DNA from: an uncultured delta proteobacterium
GTDB lineage: Bacteria; Desulfobacterota; Binatia; UBA9968
Assembly: GCA_963755715.1 (NCBI GenBank)
Contig: CAVWLW010000007.1
Coordinates: forward strand, 9,411 to 73,410
DNA length: 64,000 nucleotides
Reading direction: 5' to 3'
Shown here piece after piece: positions 42,069 to 51,214 of this stretch. A program made the translations under genes and the position numbers. The notes beneath the pieces are model-generated. The model was not told the DNA's origin. It did no database searches and saw only the letters and a program-made list of their open reading frames with translations. The number at the start of each line of letters is the position of its first letter. Position 1 is the stretch's first letter.

Positions 42069-43097
42069 TCACAAGACCGATTTGAGATAGCCCTTTTCCA
42101 GGTAGAACCGCCTCGCCCCCGGATGGAGCGGCACGTCGTACGGCGCCTCCGGATCGTTGGCGCAAAGCTGCGCCATATCCAGCGGTTTGAAATTGTCCGT
42201 CGGCATGAGCGCTTTGCGCGCCTCGATCGCTTCGCAAAGAGCGTAGGCGACATCCTCCGGCATAGATGCGTTGACGACCATCGGCCAGCCGCTGAAATCT
42301 ACCGTCGGTACGTCGGAGGGCAGCGCGGGAAACCGGGATTTGGGCAAAACCGACGCGCGATAGCCTATCGCCGTCAATTTTTTTAAAATGTTTCCCTCCA
42401 CCGGCAGGTAGCGAAACCCGGCATCGATGGCGCTCTGCCCCCAGCTCTTGATTCCCTCGTCGAACACCGCATTGATCGTTCCCTTCTCGAGGGCCTCGCG
42501 GCGGTCCGGATGGCTCGGCCGCGTAACCGACTGAATCTTCCCGCCCCATTGTCGTAGATTCGCAAAGGTGAATCCCGCCGCTTTCATGACCGCGCTCACC
42601 GTGAACATCGTCGGGCTGTACTTGACCCATTCCTTGGAGATGGTTCCGGTCGAGACGCGGAGCGGGATGCGTTCCTTCCTGATCTGATCCAGCGAGGTGA
42701 TGCCGGTCGACTCGTGCACGGCAAATGCCATGACGTCGTAGGAAGGAAATACCGCGATGGTCCTGATTGGCTGGCGTTTGGCGAACAGCCCTTTGCCTCT
42801 GAAGGCCATGGTAGCCGCGACCGAAGGATTAATCCATGCGAGGGAGAGCTTGCCCCGGCTAACCGCCTGGAGCTCGCGAAATCCATCCGCCGCAAACGAG
42901 AGGGAAACCCCTTTTTCACGCGTCGCCGTAAGCGCAAGCGTGAGCGAATAACCGACGCGCGATTCCGTCTGAATCGCCTGTTCGGCGGCGCGCTCGGTTT
43001 GAAAAGAAAGCGAAGTGTCGTAGAGAGCGGCGGCCAACTCCAGCAGTCCCCTGGTCCGCTGGATCTCCGCGCTATAGCGGTGCTTCACGGCGTTCAT
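42069..43097 (-). CDS. TAXI-family solute-binding-like protein without an evident signal peptide
   Basis: AVHESTGITSLDQI, VVNASMPEDVAYALCEAI, VPLHPGARRFYLEKG; AGGAG RBS before ATG 43097. Confidence 0.8.
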   Translation of the reverse strand: MNAVKHRYSAEIQRTRGLLELAAALYDTSLSFQTERAAEQAIQTESRVGYSLTLALTATREKGVSLSFAADGFRELQAVSRGKLSLAWINPSVAATMAFRGKGLFAKRQPIRTIAVFPSYDVMAFAVHESTGITSLDQIRKERIPLRVSTGTISKEWVKYSPTMFTVSAVMKAAGFTFANLRQWGGKIQSVTRPSHPDRREALEKGTINAVFDEGIKSWGQSAIDAGFRYLPVEGNILKKLTAIGYRASVLPKSRFPALPSDVPTVDFSGWPMVVNASMPEDVAYALCEAIEARKALMPTDNFKPLDMAQLCANDPEAPYDVPLHPGARRFYLEKGYLKSVL

Positions 43098-43308
43098 CTT
43101 GATCTCCTGTGCGAAAAAAGTCCCGGCGAGCGGATTCGTAATTGAGGTCCGGCTCAAGTTCGCCCTATGCCGCGCTGAAACGTACCCTAAATCGTCGCCC
43201 ACAGCGGTGGATAGTCACCCTCAGATAAAGGTGCAGGCGAGATGGCTTGCTCACGATGAGGTTGTCGTGGCTCACCTCTGTAAGAGTCATTCAAAACTCA
43301 AGATTTTT

Positions 43309-43938
43309 TCACGGCTCGTAAATCAAAAGGTCGACCGGCTTTCCTCCAACCGGCATATCGGGACAGGCGCTGAAGGCGACGAGCAGATCCATCTCTGCTC
43401 TAAGATCCACGTAGCTGCCCGGTTGGGGTCGCACCGTCGTATGATCCATGCGGCCGGTCACACCGTCGATTTTCATGTGCTGATTGAGGTTGAATGGATT
43501 GGGTACATCTTCCGGATCGATGCCGTACGGCGCCAAAGCCCGCGAAAGATTCTCGTAGCAGCCATGATCCGGAATCTCTTCGTCTTTATAATCTCTGTGG
43601 TAATAGTCTCTTAGCTTTCCCTCTTTTTTGGCGAGTTGAAAGCGGTAGCCGCTGCACATGCCTTTCTGCAAATCGTGAGTTCCCTCGCGGTTGGTGTTCT
43701 CGACGATCGTCATCATGTGCTGATTGTTGCGCCCCATCAGCTTGTCGCCGGTCGTGATGAAGATTTTCATGTTATAGACCTTGGTTCGCGCCTGGTCGAA
43801 GCGCTCTTTGAGGTTATCCCGCCTCATGCACACGAAATCGACCGTGGTCGTCGCTAGGATCCGAATCACCTGGCCATTTTTCAATTCTCCAGCCCAGCCG
43901 GAATTATAAGGCACATGCGCCTCTTTCACTTTTTTCAT
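43309..43938 (-). CDS. DUF1989 (urea carboxylase-associated) family protein
   Basis: GTHDLQKGMC, HGCYENL, PFNL, PGSYVDLRAEMDLLVAFSACP. Confidence 0.88.
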   Translation of the reverse strand: MKKVKEAHVPYNSGWAGELKNGQVIRILATTTVDFVCMRRDNLKERFDQARTKVYNMKIFITTGDKLMGRNNQHMMTIVENTNREGTHDLQKGMCSGYRFQLAKKEGKLRDYYHRDYKDEEIPDHGCYENLSRALAPYGIDPEDVPNPFNLNQHMKIDGVTGRMDHTTVRPQPGSYVDLRAEMDLLVAFSACPDMPVGGKPVDLLIYEP

Positions 43939-44001
43939 AACGCTACTTCCTCTCGACGTGCAATGAATAGGAATTTGCTTTCTACAGCCCGAAGCGGAGA
44001 G

Positions 44002-44027
44002 TATTCGATCACAATCGAATATGTCAA
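44002..44027 (-). promoter_or_regulatory. Palindromic operator abutting a TTGACA -35 box
   Basis: TATTCGAT-caca-ATCGAATA (44002-44021) next to tgtcaa (TTGACA on the minus strand), upstream of the DUF1989 gene. Confidence 0.6.
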
Positions 44028-44253
44028 CTTGAAGCAAAGCCGAAACTGAATATTCGCTTCCCGGCGAGACTCCGCTAAGAGCCATTTAAACTAGCTGGGG
44101 CTCGAGGATCGATTAGAGATGATCTACTTTTTGGAATTTCTTCCCGGTGGCGCTGACGACGCCTGCCAAACACCCAAGCGTTGACGAATTTTATTTGTCG
44201 CCTCAGGCTAGTCGGTGGCGAGCGAGTCGGACAAGCCGCACCGACACACAGGG

Positions 44254-45129
44254 TTATTCGAGTAAATATCTCGCGCTGAACCCGAGCATCCTTCTGGACT
44301 TTCCAGGGTCATAACCGGCCCAGTTTCCTGCGCTGTTCGTACGGAGGTTCGCATTCGGCAAATACTCCGTAACAAGCTCCGAAGTCGGCCTGTTTATGAT
44401 CGTATTAGAAGCGCAAATGTTGAATGCCTCGTGACCTGTGAAGTTGGCTTCGACCGCTAGACGGCACGCAAGAGCAGCGTCGCGAACATCGATGTAAGTC
44501 CACAGCGGGCCACTCCATCTCAAGGGATCTTTTCGTCTCTCCCTGAGATTCTGGTGCGTGAAATCGGCGCAAATTCCGGCGAATCGCAGGCTGGCGATCT
44601 GCATATCGCCCTTGCTCGCGAATGCGTCGCAAGCGCGCTCGACAACGAGCTTGGACACGCTGTAGGGATCCTGCGGCCTCAAGGGATAATCTTCATCGAC
44701 CGGTAGATACTCCGGCGCCGTCCACCGCGAGGGATAATAGAAGCCGTAAATCGTAAGACTCGATCCCATCACGAGCTTTTTGATTCCGGCGGCAAACGCC
44801 GCCGCCATGACGTTGTAGCTTATAGTTACGTTGTAACCGAATATTGCCGCGTCGCCGAGGACGTCGGGAGTTTTCCATGTGCGAGACGCGGGATCGAATC
44901 CGTTGCTCGTGTAGGGAAACTTTTTTCTGGCCAGATGGACCACTGCGTCGGCTTGCTCAAACGCCTTGGCAAGATCGTCTGCCTGGAGCAGATCGATGAC
45001 CGAAGAGCGGCAGACGCTTTCCGAGATGGGCACTTTATCGATCGACAGCACGTCGTGACCGTGATCGAGCAATTCGCCGATAGTTAACTGTCCAAGCCTG
45101 CCGGCGCCGCCGGTCACCACGATTCTCAT
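44254..45129 (-). CDS. NAD-dependent epimerase/dehydratase (extended SDR)
   Basis: MRIVVTGGAGRLG, VVHLA, YSVSK, YIDVRD. Confidence 0.92.
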   Translation of the reverse strand: MRIVVTGGAGRLGQLTIGELLDHGHDVLSIDKVPISESVCRSSVIDLLQADDLAKAFEQADAVVHLARKKFPYTSNGFDPASRTWKTPDVLGDAAIFGYNVTISYNVMAAAFAAGIKKLVMGSSLTIYGFYYPSRWTAPEYLPVDEDYPLRPQDPYSVSKLVVERACDAFASKGDMQIASLRFAGICADFTHQNLRERRKDPLRWSGPLWTYIDVRDAALACRLAVEANFTGHEAFNICASNTIINRPTSELVTEYLPNANLRTNSAGNWAGYDPGKSRRMLGFSARYLLE

Positions 45130-45326
45130 TTCAGTGAATCTCCGTTCGCACATTCCTCGTTTAGCGCTTTCGTAAAACTCTTGTCAATGAAGACGTGGCA
45201 TCGCTTCGTTGTTGGCCGTCGCGTATTTAGGCTCCGATTTCTCCCGATGCTTGACATGAATTGGTCGCTTCAATAGATTCCACCCAGTCGTTTGCCAATC
45301 GTTGCCGCGAGGCAAAGGAAAATTCG

Positions 45327-46310
45327 ATGAGAAATAACTCTCGGTTACTGCTCCTGGCGAGCTTCATTTTATTGTCAATTGCCAACTTGCCGCAAAGTTT
45401 TTCGGCGGAGGCGGCAAAAGTCATCATCGGCATGGATGCGCCGACTCTCTCCGATTTGCCGTTGTCCTTAGCGCTCAAAAAGGATTTCTTTAAGCCTGAA
45501 GGCTTGAGCGTCTTGCCGGTGCTGTTCCGGAGCGGACCCACAGCCATGCAAGCCCTGGTCTCGGGATCGATTCAATTCAGCACCGGTTTCGGAACGGGAA
45601 CGCGAGCCGCCATGGCGGGCGCGCCGGTCAAAGGCATCATCGGGTTCAACAACAAACCTGCCTTCATCCTTTATGGGCGCCGCGAGTCCGGCATTCGCTC
45701 GATCGCCGACATCAAAGGAAAAAAGATCGCTGTCACCGGCGTCGGCAGCACGACCGACTATGCCGCAAGAGCGATTCTGACGCATAACCACATCGATCCC
45801 GATAAAGAAGTTTCGATCCTGGCTGTGGGCAGCGAGAGTGTTTTTGCCGCGCTTCAGAAAGGCGCCGTGGATGCGGCCATTCTTTGGGCTCCGGGTTTTG
45901 CCATCGCCGAGAAGCTCGGCATGGTCAGGCTCCAGTCGCTCGCCGACATCCTCGAACTGCCCGGCTCCGGGGTCGTGGTATCGGACCAGCTCATCAAGGA
46001 GAATCCTCTTCTGATCAAGAAATTTCTACGCGGCACAGTCAAGGGATTTCACTATGTGCACGATCCTAAGAATAAGGATGAAATCGTCAGTTCGATAACG
46101 AAGGATTTTAGCCTCGAACGGGATATCGCCGACACCAACTACAAATTTATGCTGAGCATCCTGTCAACGGACGGCAATATCTCGCGGCGAGCGATCGAAA
46201 ACGGCATCGAGCTCACGCGCCAGCGCGTGAAGACTTCAGAGTCGACCAGCGAGCTTACCAAAAAAATGTATGATTTTACTTTGCTGGAAGACGTTCAGAG
46301 AGGCAAATAA
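45327..46310 (+). CDS. NitT/TauT solute-binding protein
   Basis: Signal peptide; FFKPEGL, QALVSGSI, IADIKGKKIAV. Confidence 0.88.
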   Translation: MRNNSRLLLLASFILLSIANLPQSFSAEAAKVIIGMDAPTLSDLPLSLALKKDFFKPEGLSVLPVLFRSGPTAMQALVSGSIQFSTGFGTGTRAAMAGAPVKGIIGFNNKPAFILYGRRESGIRSIADIKGKKIAVTGVGSTTDYAARAILTHNHIDPDKEVSILAVGSESVFAALQKGAVDAAILWAPGFAIAEKLGMVRLQSLADILELPGSGVVVSDQLIKENPLLIKKFLRGTVKGFHYVHDPKNKDEIVSSITKDFSLERDIADTNYKFMLSILSTDGNISRRAIENGIELTRQRVKTSESTSELTKKMYDFTLLEDVQRGK

Positions 46311-46331
46311 TTAGCTTATGGGAGAAGAGTC

Positions 46332-47534
46332 ATGGCGGAAGCAACCCAGGAGAAATTGAACCTATCGGCGATCTGTCATGTCGGTCCCGGTACTGCCGGC
46401 GGTGAAATGTTCCGGCGTTACTGGCTGGCGATTTCCCGGGCCGAAGATTTAAGAGACATTCCCATGGCGGTCACGGTTCTTGGCGAGGAACTGGCGCTTT
46501 TCCGCGACGGCGCCGGCCGCCTCGGCCTTATGGGACTTCACTGTTCGCACCGAGGCACATCCCTGGAATACGGCGACATTGAGGAACGAGGCATAAGGTG
46601 CCCTTATCATGGATGGCTTTATGACGTCGCGGGAAACTGTCTGGAGCAACCGCTCGAGCCCAAGGGCAGCACCTTCTGCCAAAAGGTGAAGCATCCGAGC
46701 TACCGAGTTAAAGAGTTGGGCGGTTTGATCTTCGCTCACCTCGGCAAAAGTGATCCACCGCCGTTGCCGCGTTATTCCACCCTCGTCCGAGACGACGGTA
46801 TCCGTTTGACGCTGCCGCCGCGCCATTGGGATTATAACTGGTTCAACTTTTTCGAGAATACGATCGATTCACTGCACGCGTTTTTCTTGCACAAGCCGAG
46901 CCGCGCCGATCGCTCCTGGGAAAATGCCTTCTGGGATTTCCCGGGCGACCATCATATCGAAGCTTTGCCGACTGAGTATGGCCTGAAGACGATCGTGCAC
47001 TGGCCGGGCCCAACACCGGATACTCTATACGTCAGGCTCACGAGCCTCGCACTGCCGACGGTTTTTTCTCTTGGCGGACGGGGAGTCGAGGAAGAAGGCT
47101 TTGAGCGCCTGCTGTTCGTCACCCCTGTGGATGACGACAGCTTCATGGTCTTTAGCAGCGATTTTGTTCCTCAAGGTAAAGATGACGTGATTACAAAAAG
47201 GGATCAAACGCGCTACGCCCCACCGACCGCAGAGCCGGTCAAAGAGTACGACAAGCGCAAAAACGTGCCCTACCGAGGGCAGGTGTGGAGGGAGGACTAC
47301 GTCTGCCAGTCGACGCAGGGAAAGATCGGCTACAGAAACGAGCAATTGGCAACGTCCGATCGCGGGGTGATTTTGCTCCGAAAGCTCCTCATGGAGGCGA
47401 TCGACACCGTGCAGAAGGGCGGCGTGCCGATGGGCGTCGTTCCGAAAGAAAAAGAAAACGAAACCATTAGCCTGGATGCCTTTCGCCGAATATTGCCTAA
47501 GTCCGAGCTGAACCAAGTGATGCAGTCTACATGA
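46332..47534 (+). CDS. Rieske non-heme iron oxygenase (phthalate 4,5-dioxygenase/LigX-like)
   Basis: GPGTAGGEMFRRYW, CSH...CPYHGW, ENTIDSLHAFFLH, RED, EQLATSDRG. Confidence 0.92.
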   Translation: MAEATQEKLNLSAICHVGPGTAGGEMFRRYWLAISRAEDLRDIPMAVTVLGEELALFRDGAGRLGLMGLHCSHRGTSLEYGDIEERGIRCPYHGWLYDVAGNCLEQPLEPKGSTFCQKVKHPSYRVKELGGLIFAHLGKSDPPPLPRYSTLVRDDGIRLTLPPRHWDYNWFNFFENTIDSLHAFFLHKPSRADRSWENAFWDFPGDHHIEALPTEYGLKTIVHWPGPTPDTLYVRLTSLALPTVFSLGGRGVEEEGFERLLFVTPVDDDSFMVFSSDFVPQGKDDVITKRDQTRYAPPTAEPVKEYDKRKNVPYRGQVWREDYVCQSTQGKIGYRNEQLATSDRGVILLRKLLMEAIDTVQKGGVPMGVVPKEKENETISLDAFRRILPKSELNQVMQST

Positions 47535-47693
47535 ATGCTTGGAGAGATCCGTTCGAAGGTCACTCCGGCGCATTCGCGGGAGCTGACAACAAACCTGCGC
47601 CGTCCTCACCTCGGCGCCATCTCTTTTTGAACGTCTATTTCTCTTGCCGTTGACATCCGAAATTTCGCTCCTTAAGGTGGCGTTTTCGACCCA

Positions 47694-48602
47694 ATGAAAA
47701 AGTTCATCTGCTACTCATTTATTTTGCTTATCGCTTTTCTTGAGGGAAACTCTTATGGAGACTTTACTGGCACCGGGCATGTTCACACGCTGTCAGAGAC
47801 AAAACAGGTTTTTTTGAATCCCGATTGCCGGGCTACCGACACGTGCGATCTCAAAAGATTCACGCTCACAAGCCTGGTTAACGAAATTTGGTTCAGTGAC
47901 GACCCCAATTATCCCACTTACGGCAACGGCGCGATCATGGAATACGAAACCGATTCAGTGGATACGATCGAAAAATACGCCATTGTCCAATTCGTAAAAG
48001 GCTGCGTCTTTGACAGCTCGAAAAACCGGCAAGGCAAGATCATTAAGAATATAAATTATGGCGTATCGAGCTTTGGCGAAGACATTCCTCTTTGCTTTCC
48101 CGAATGGGTGATAGATTCGCAGGACACCGATCCCGCCTACAACAGCGATCCTGAATACGGCAGATTTTATTTATTGAGATGGAACGAACCCGGCTCCTAT
48201 GATAACCGAACCCAGCAATACTACGGCGCCAAAAAGCCGAACCATCCGGTTGTTTACATGACCGATTACCCCGCCGGAGCGTTCGTTACGGGAACGGGCG
48301 TAAAAAACGCCGCGCTGCAATTCAAAACCTGCATCTATAAGGCAAGCGACGTACCTACGGCAACACGGCGCGACAATATCAAATTTGCCAAGCCCATTAC
48401 CTGCTTTGAATGGCAAAATGTTTACGTCTACGACTTTGACAAAGCAAAGTTCGAGACCCAATTGGCGGATTTTCCGGGCCGGGAAAAGCCAGCCGCGCGC
48501 GTGAATATTTTCCTGGTCATAACGTTCGTTACCCTCTTGGCCGCACTCGCTCTGGTCGCTTGTTCACGCTTCGGCAAATTCCCCCGCCAAAAAGATTACT
48601 AA
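47694..48602 (+). CDS. Hypothetical exported protein with a C-terminal membrane anchor
   Basis: Signal peptide; several Cys; C-terminal IFLVITFVTLLAALALV plus basic tail; TTGACA-17-TAAGGT upstream. Confidence 0.75.
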   Translation: MKKFICYSFILLIAFLEGNSYGDFTGTGHVHTLSETKQVFLNPDCRATDTCDLKRFTLTSLVNEIWFSDDPNYPTYGNGAIMEYETDSVDTIEKYAIVQFVKGCVFDSSKNRQGKIIKNINYGVSSFGEDIPLCFPEWVIDSQDTDPAYNSDPEYGRFYLLRWNEPGSYDNRTQQYYGAKKPNHPVVYMTDYPAGAFVTGTGVKNAALQFKTCIYKASDVPTATRRDNIKFAKPITCFEWQNVYVYDFDKAKFETQLADFPGREKPAARVNIFLVITFVTLLAALALVACSRFGKFPRQKDY

Positions 48603-49168
48603 TCCGATTGGCAAGCGATGGAGCGCCGCCGCTGTATTATCGAGACCTCCCGGTGGAAGACGCGCGTCGTTTCCAAGTAACAGGAGGCATAAAAATGCCG
48701 AGGCTGCTTGGCTCGGCGCTGAACGAAGACCGGTTTAAGCCACTTTATCCTTTCCAGCAGCTGGCACATTGAGGGCTTCCTTCTTCTTCCTAAAATACTC
48801 GCGTTTAGAAAGCCGGATTGCTTGCCGCTTGCGGCGTTGCAAGTTGCGTTTAGCATTCTGATTCATGTGAGTGCCTCCATGCGATACGTTTCTGAACTAC
48901 CAAGGTTCTATCAATACCACTATCGAACAACAAACTCCGACCGTTCAGGCGGCGCCTAGGGTCAGCGGCCAGACAATGAATGCGCCAATACCCAGGCCAA
49001 ATTTGGCGGCATTTGGGCGAAGATTGGCAAAAACCGACCAGTCGGAGGAAATCACCAGGCTTTATCGCCTGTCAGCCGTAGGCGTTTCCCAGACGAATGT
49101 AAGTGTATGTTCTCGGTGGAGACGTGTTAGTAGCCGCTAATTTCACGTACTACAACGACTTGGACTCT

Positions 49169-49185
49169 TTGGCATTTAGCTTGCT
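49169..49185 (+). promoter_or_regulatory. sigma54 (-24/-12) promoter
   Basis: TTGGCAT-ttagc-TTGCT, near consensus TGGCAC-N5-TTGCW, about 35 nt before ATG 49220. Confidence 0.75.
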
Positions 49186-49219
49186 GCCTATGTGAGTAGA
49201 ACCCGACAGGAGGCCAGAG

Positions 49220-49567
49220 ATGAAAAGAAAAATTTTACTATGGGTCGTTGTCATGCTCATGAGCGGAATTTTTGCTATTCCAAAGACAGCGTTCACCCGT
49301 GACGAAAGAAACTATAACGGGAGCCAACTACAGGGACGTTGGTATATGAATGGCGATCCGAACAAGCCCACCGAGATCAATGCAGATCGGCGGGGCCTTG
49401 AAGCGAGAAATGAAAACGGTCACACGAGTAGATTGGAAGTTGATCGTAAGGGGAATATTCGTGCTTTGGACTGGCATGGTATACGCGGCGATCTAAGAGG
49501 CAACAGAATCCAATGGGACAATGGCACGACGTGGACGCGAAGGCCATCGGACCGAGGTAGGCGTTAG
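49220..49567 (+). CDS. Small secreted beta-rich protein
   Basis: AGGAGG RBS; signal peptide; LQGRWYMNG...IQWDNGTTWTR. Confidence 0.75.
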   Translation: MKRKILLWVVVMLMSGIFAIPKTAFTRDERNYNGSQLQGRWYMNGDPNKPTEINADRRGLEARNENGHTSRLEVDRKGNIRALDWHGIRGDLRGNRIQWDNGTTWTRRPSDRGRR

Positions 49568-49708
49568 ACGGTTTATCATGCTTCTTGCGTGACGCTTTGA
49601 GAAATTTATTGATTGCACCGGAAAACTCTAACCGAAGGGGTCGCGCCACGACGAGCCGTGTTTATCAGGACCCATGTGGCACCCCAAGAAAGTTGTTTGC
49701 TTTTCTTT

Positions 49709-50548
49709 TCACAGCGCGATTGTTTCGATTCGCTGGACTTCTTCGTCGGTGAGCGTGAATTGCCCGGCTTGGAGGTCTTCTTTCATGTGTTGTTGGTTCG
49801 TGGTTCCGGTCAACGGCAGCATGCCGATCAGCATCGCGAAGCGAAAGATGACTTGCGCGACAGTAGCGTTGATTCGCGTCGCGATGGCATGAATCTCGGG
49901 ATCGCCAAGCACTTCTCGATTGGCGGTCAATAGCGAAAACCCCTGATAGACAATCCCGTTTGTCCGGCAAATTTCTCGCACGGCTTTATCCCAGCCGAGG
50001 GCGGCAAAGCAACGGTTTTGCACCACCATGGGTTTGACATTCGCTTGTTCACAGAGCTGCGCGAGCTGAGCGCCCGTGATATTGCTCACGCCGATCATTT
50101 TAGTTTTTCCGGCCCGATAGAGACCTTCCATAGCCGTCCAAACTTCCCAATCCGCCGTTCCCAAACCTCGCCTTTGGAACGGCGCGTGCAGGACATAAGA
50201 GTCCACATAGTCGGTACCCAGGTGGTTCAGCGAGCTGTCAAAGGACTGACTGACTTGAGTGGTGAGATCAGCCGAGGGATCGTACGGGGTTCGACCGCCT
50301 TGGCCATCCACCGAAGTAAATTTGGTTTGAAGAAACAGGGAGTCACGCTTGATCCCCTTTTTTGCTAGCGCCTGCAGAGCTTCGCCCACCAGAGCTTCCT
50401 GGTAGTGGATCAATTGATTGGCCGTGTCGATCGCCGTGAAGCCCGACGCCACCGCGAGTTGCACCAGTTCCGTCGTCGCCTCCTTTTTCCAAGCCGTCCC
50501 GTACATCCAAGAAGGAATCGGAACCCCATTGTAAGCCGTCAACGCCAT
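49709..50548 (-). CDS. Aldo/keto reductase
   Basis: YGT, GFTAIDTA, LFLQTK, LGTDYVDSYVLH, IGVSN, VVQNR. Confidence 0.93.
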   Translation of the reverse strand: MALTAYNGVPIPSWMYGTAWKKEATTELVQLAVASGFTAIDTANQLIHYQEALVGEALQALAKKGIKRDSLFLQTKFTSVDGQGGRTPYDPSADLTTQVSQSFDSSLNHLGTDYVDSYVLHAPFQRRGLGTADWEVWTAMEGLYRAGKTKMIGVSNITGAQLAQLCEQANVKPMVVQNRCFAALGWDKAVREICRTNGIVYQGFSLLTANREVLGDPEIHAIATRINATVAQVIFRFAMLIGMLPLTGTTNQQHMKEDLQAGQFTLTDEEVQRIETIAL

Positions 50549-50889
50549 GATCTTTCCTCCACTTCGAGGATTACCTACTCGCCGCCCCCCTGTCCAGGCC
50601 TCCGCCTTCTATTTTCCCCGAGACAACTCTCCAAATCTTTAGCTTTAAACACGGGAGGAAGTTTCGCGAATTATGTATCAGAAACCTTCCTGGCCAAGTC
50701 ATTACCTGCCAAAGCGCAGGTCCGATCAGCGCAGCAAAGAATTGCGCGCGCCGCGAAAACTCGCAAGCATAGTAGCACAGAGTATATAGAACGGCTGAAT
50801 GCTCTCAACTTTTGCCTTTTGTCCTTTTACTTTTTGGTTTTTTGGTGTCACTCATGCTGGAATATTTGTAAGCTTACCAAGGAAAAGGA

Positions 50890-51130
50890 ATGAATCATGA
50901 TCCCATCGTCCGATTTAAAGAATTGTCGACCCAAACCGAGCAACTCGGCATCGTGTCCTATAACACGGCCGCTTTCAGCTCCGCCGACAAAGAATTATAG
51001 CCGACCGGCGCATGCTGCTGTTAAAGGACGTCGATCACTGCGGCCGCGTATTCTACCCCAACCTGCAGAGTCGTAAGGCGCGCCACCAGCGCGAGGTTTA
51101 CACGCGCCAGTTGGTGGTTGGATGATCCCA
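50890..51130 (+). pseudogene. pdxH: Remnant of pyridoxamine 5'-phosphate oxidase (5' fragment)
   Basis: MNHDPIVRF..., an in-frame TAG, then MLLLKDVDHCGRVFYPNLQSRK, matching the PdxH RMVLLK...FYTN..SRK motif; truncated before the MFS gene. Confidence 0.7.
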
Positions 51131-51214
51131 CTTCTCGCTCCGATCGGCAGCAACCACCTCGCCGATTTCATTCGAGCGATCGCAACACGGTTCGGAATAA
51201 CCCAGACTCATTTC

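Noticed and set aside
43940-44250. Guanidine riboswitch upstream of the DUF1989 gene
   Set aside because: No ykkC or mini-ykkC (tandem ACGR hairpin) pattern was recognised by eye; a covariance-model search would be needed to exclude it fully.
50809-50836. Short cttttg heptamer-like tandem tract
   Set aside because: Only 3-4 degenerate units with no associated gene; treated as low-complexity sequence.
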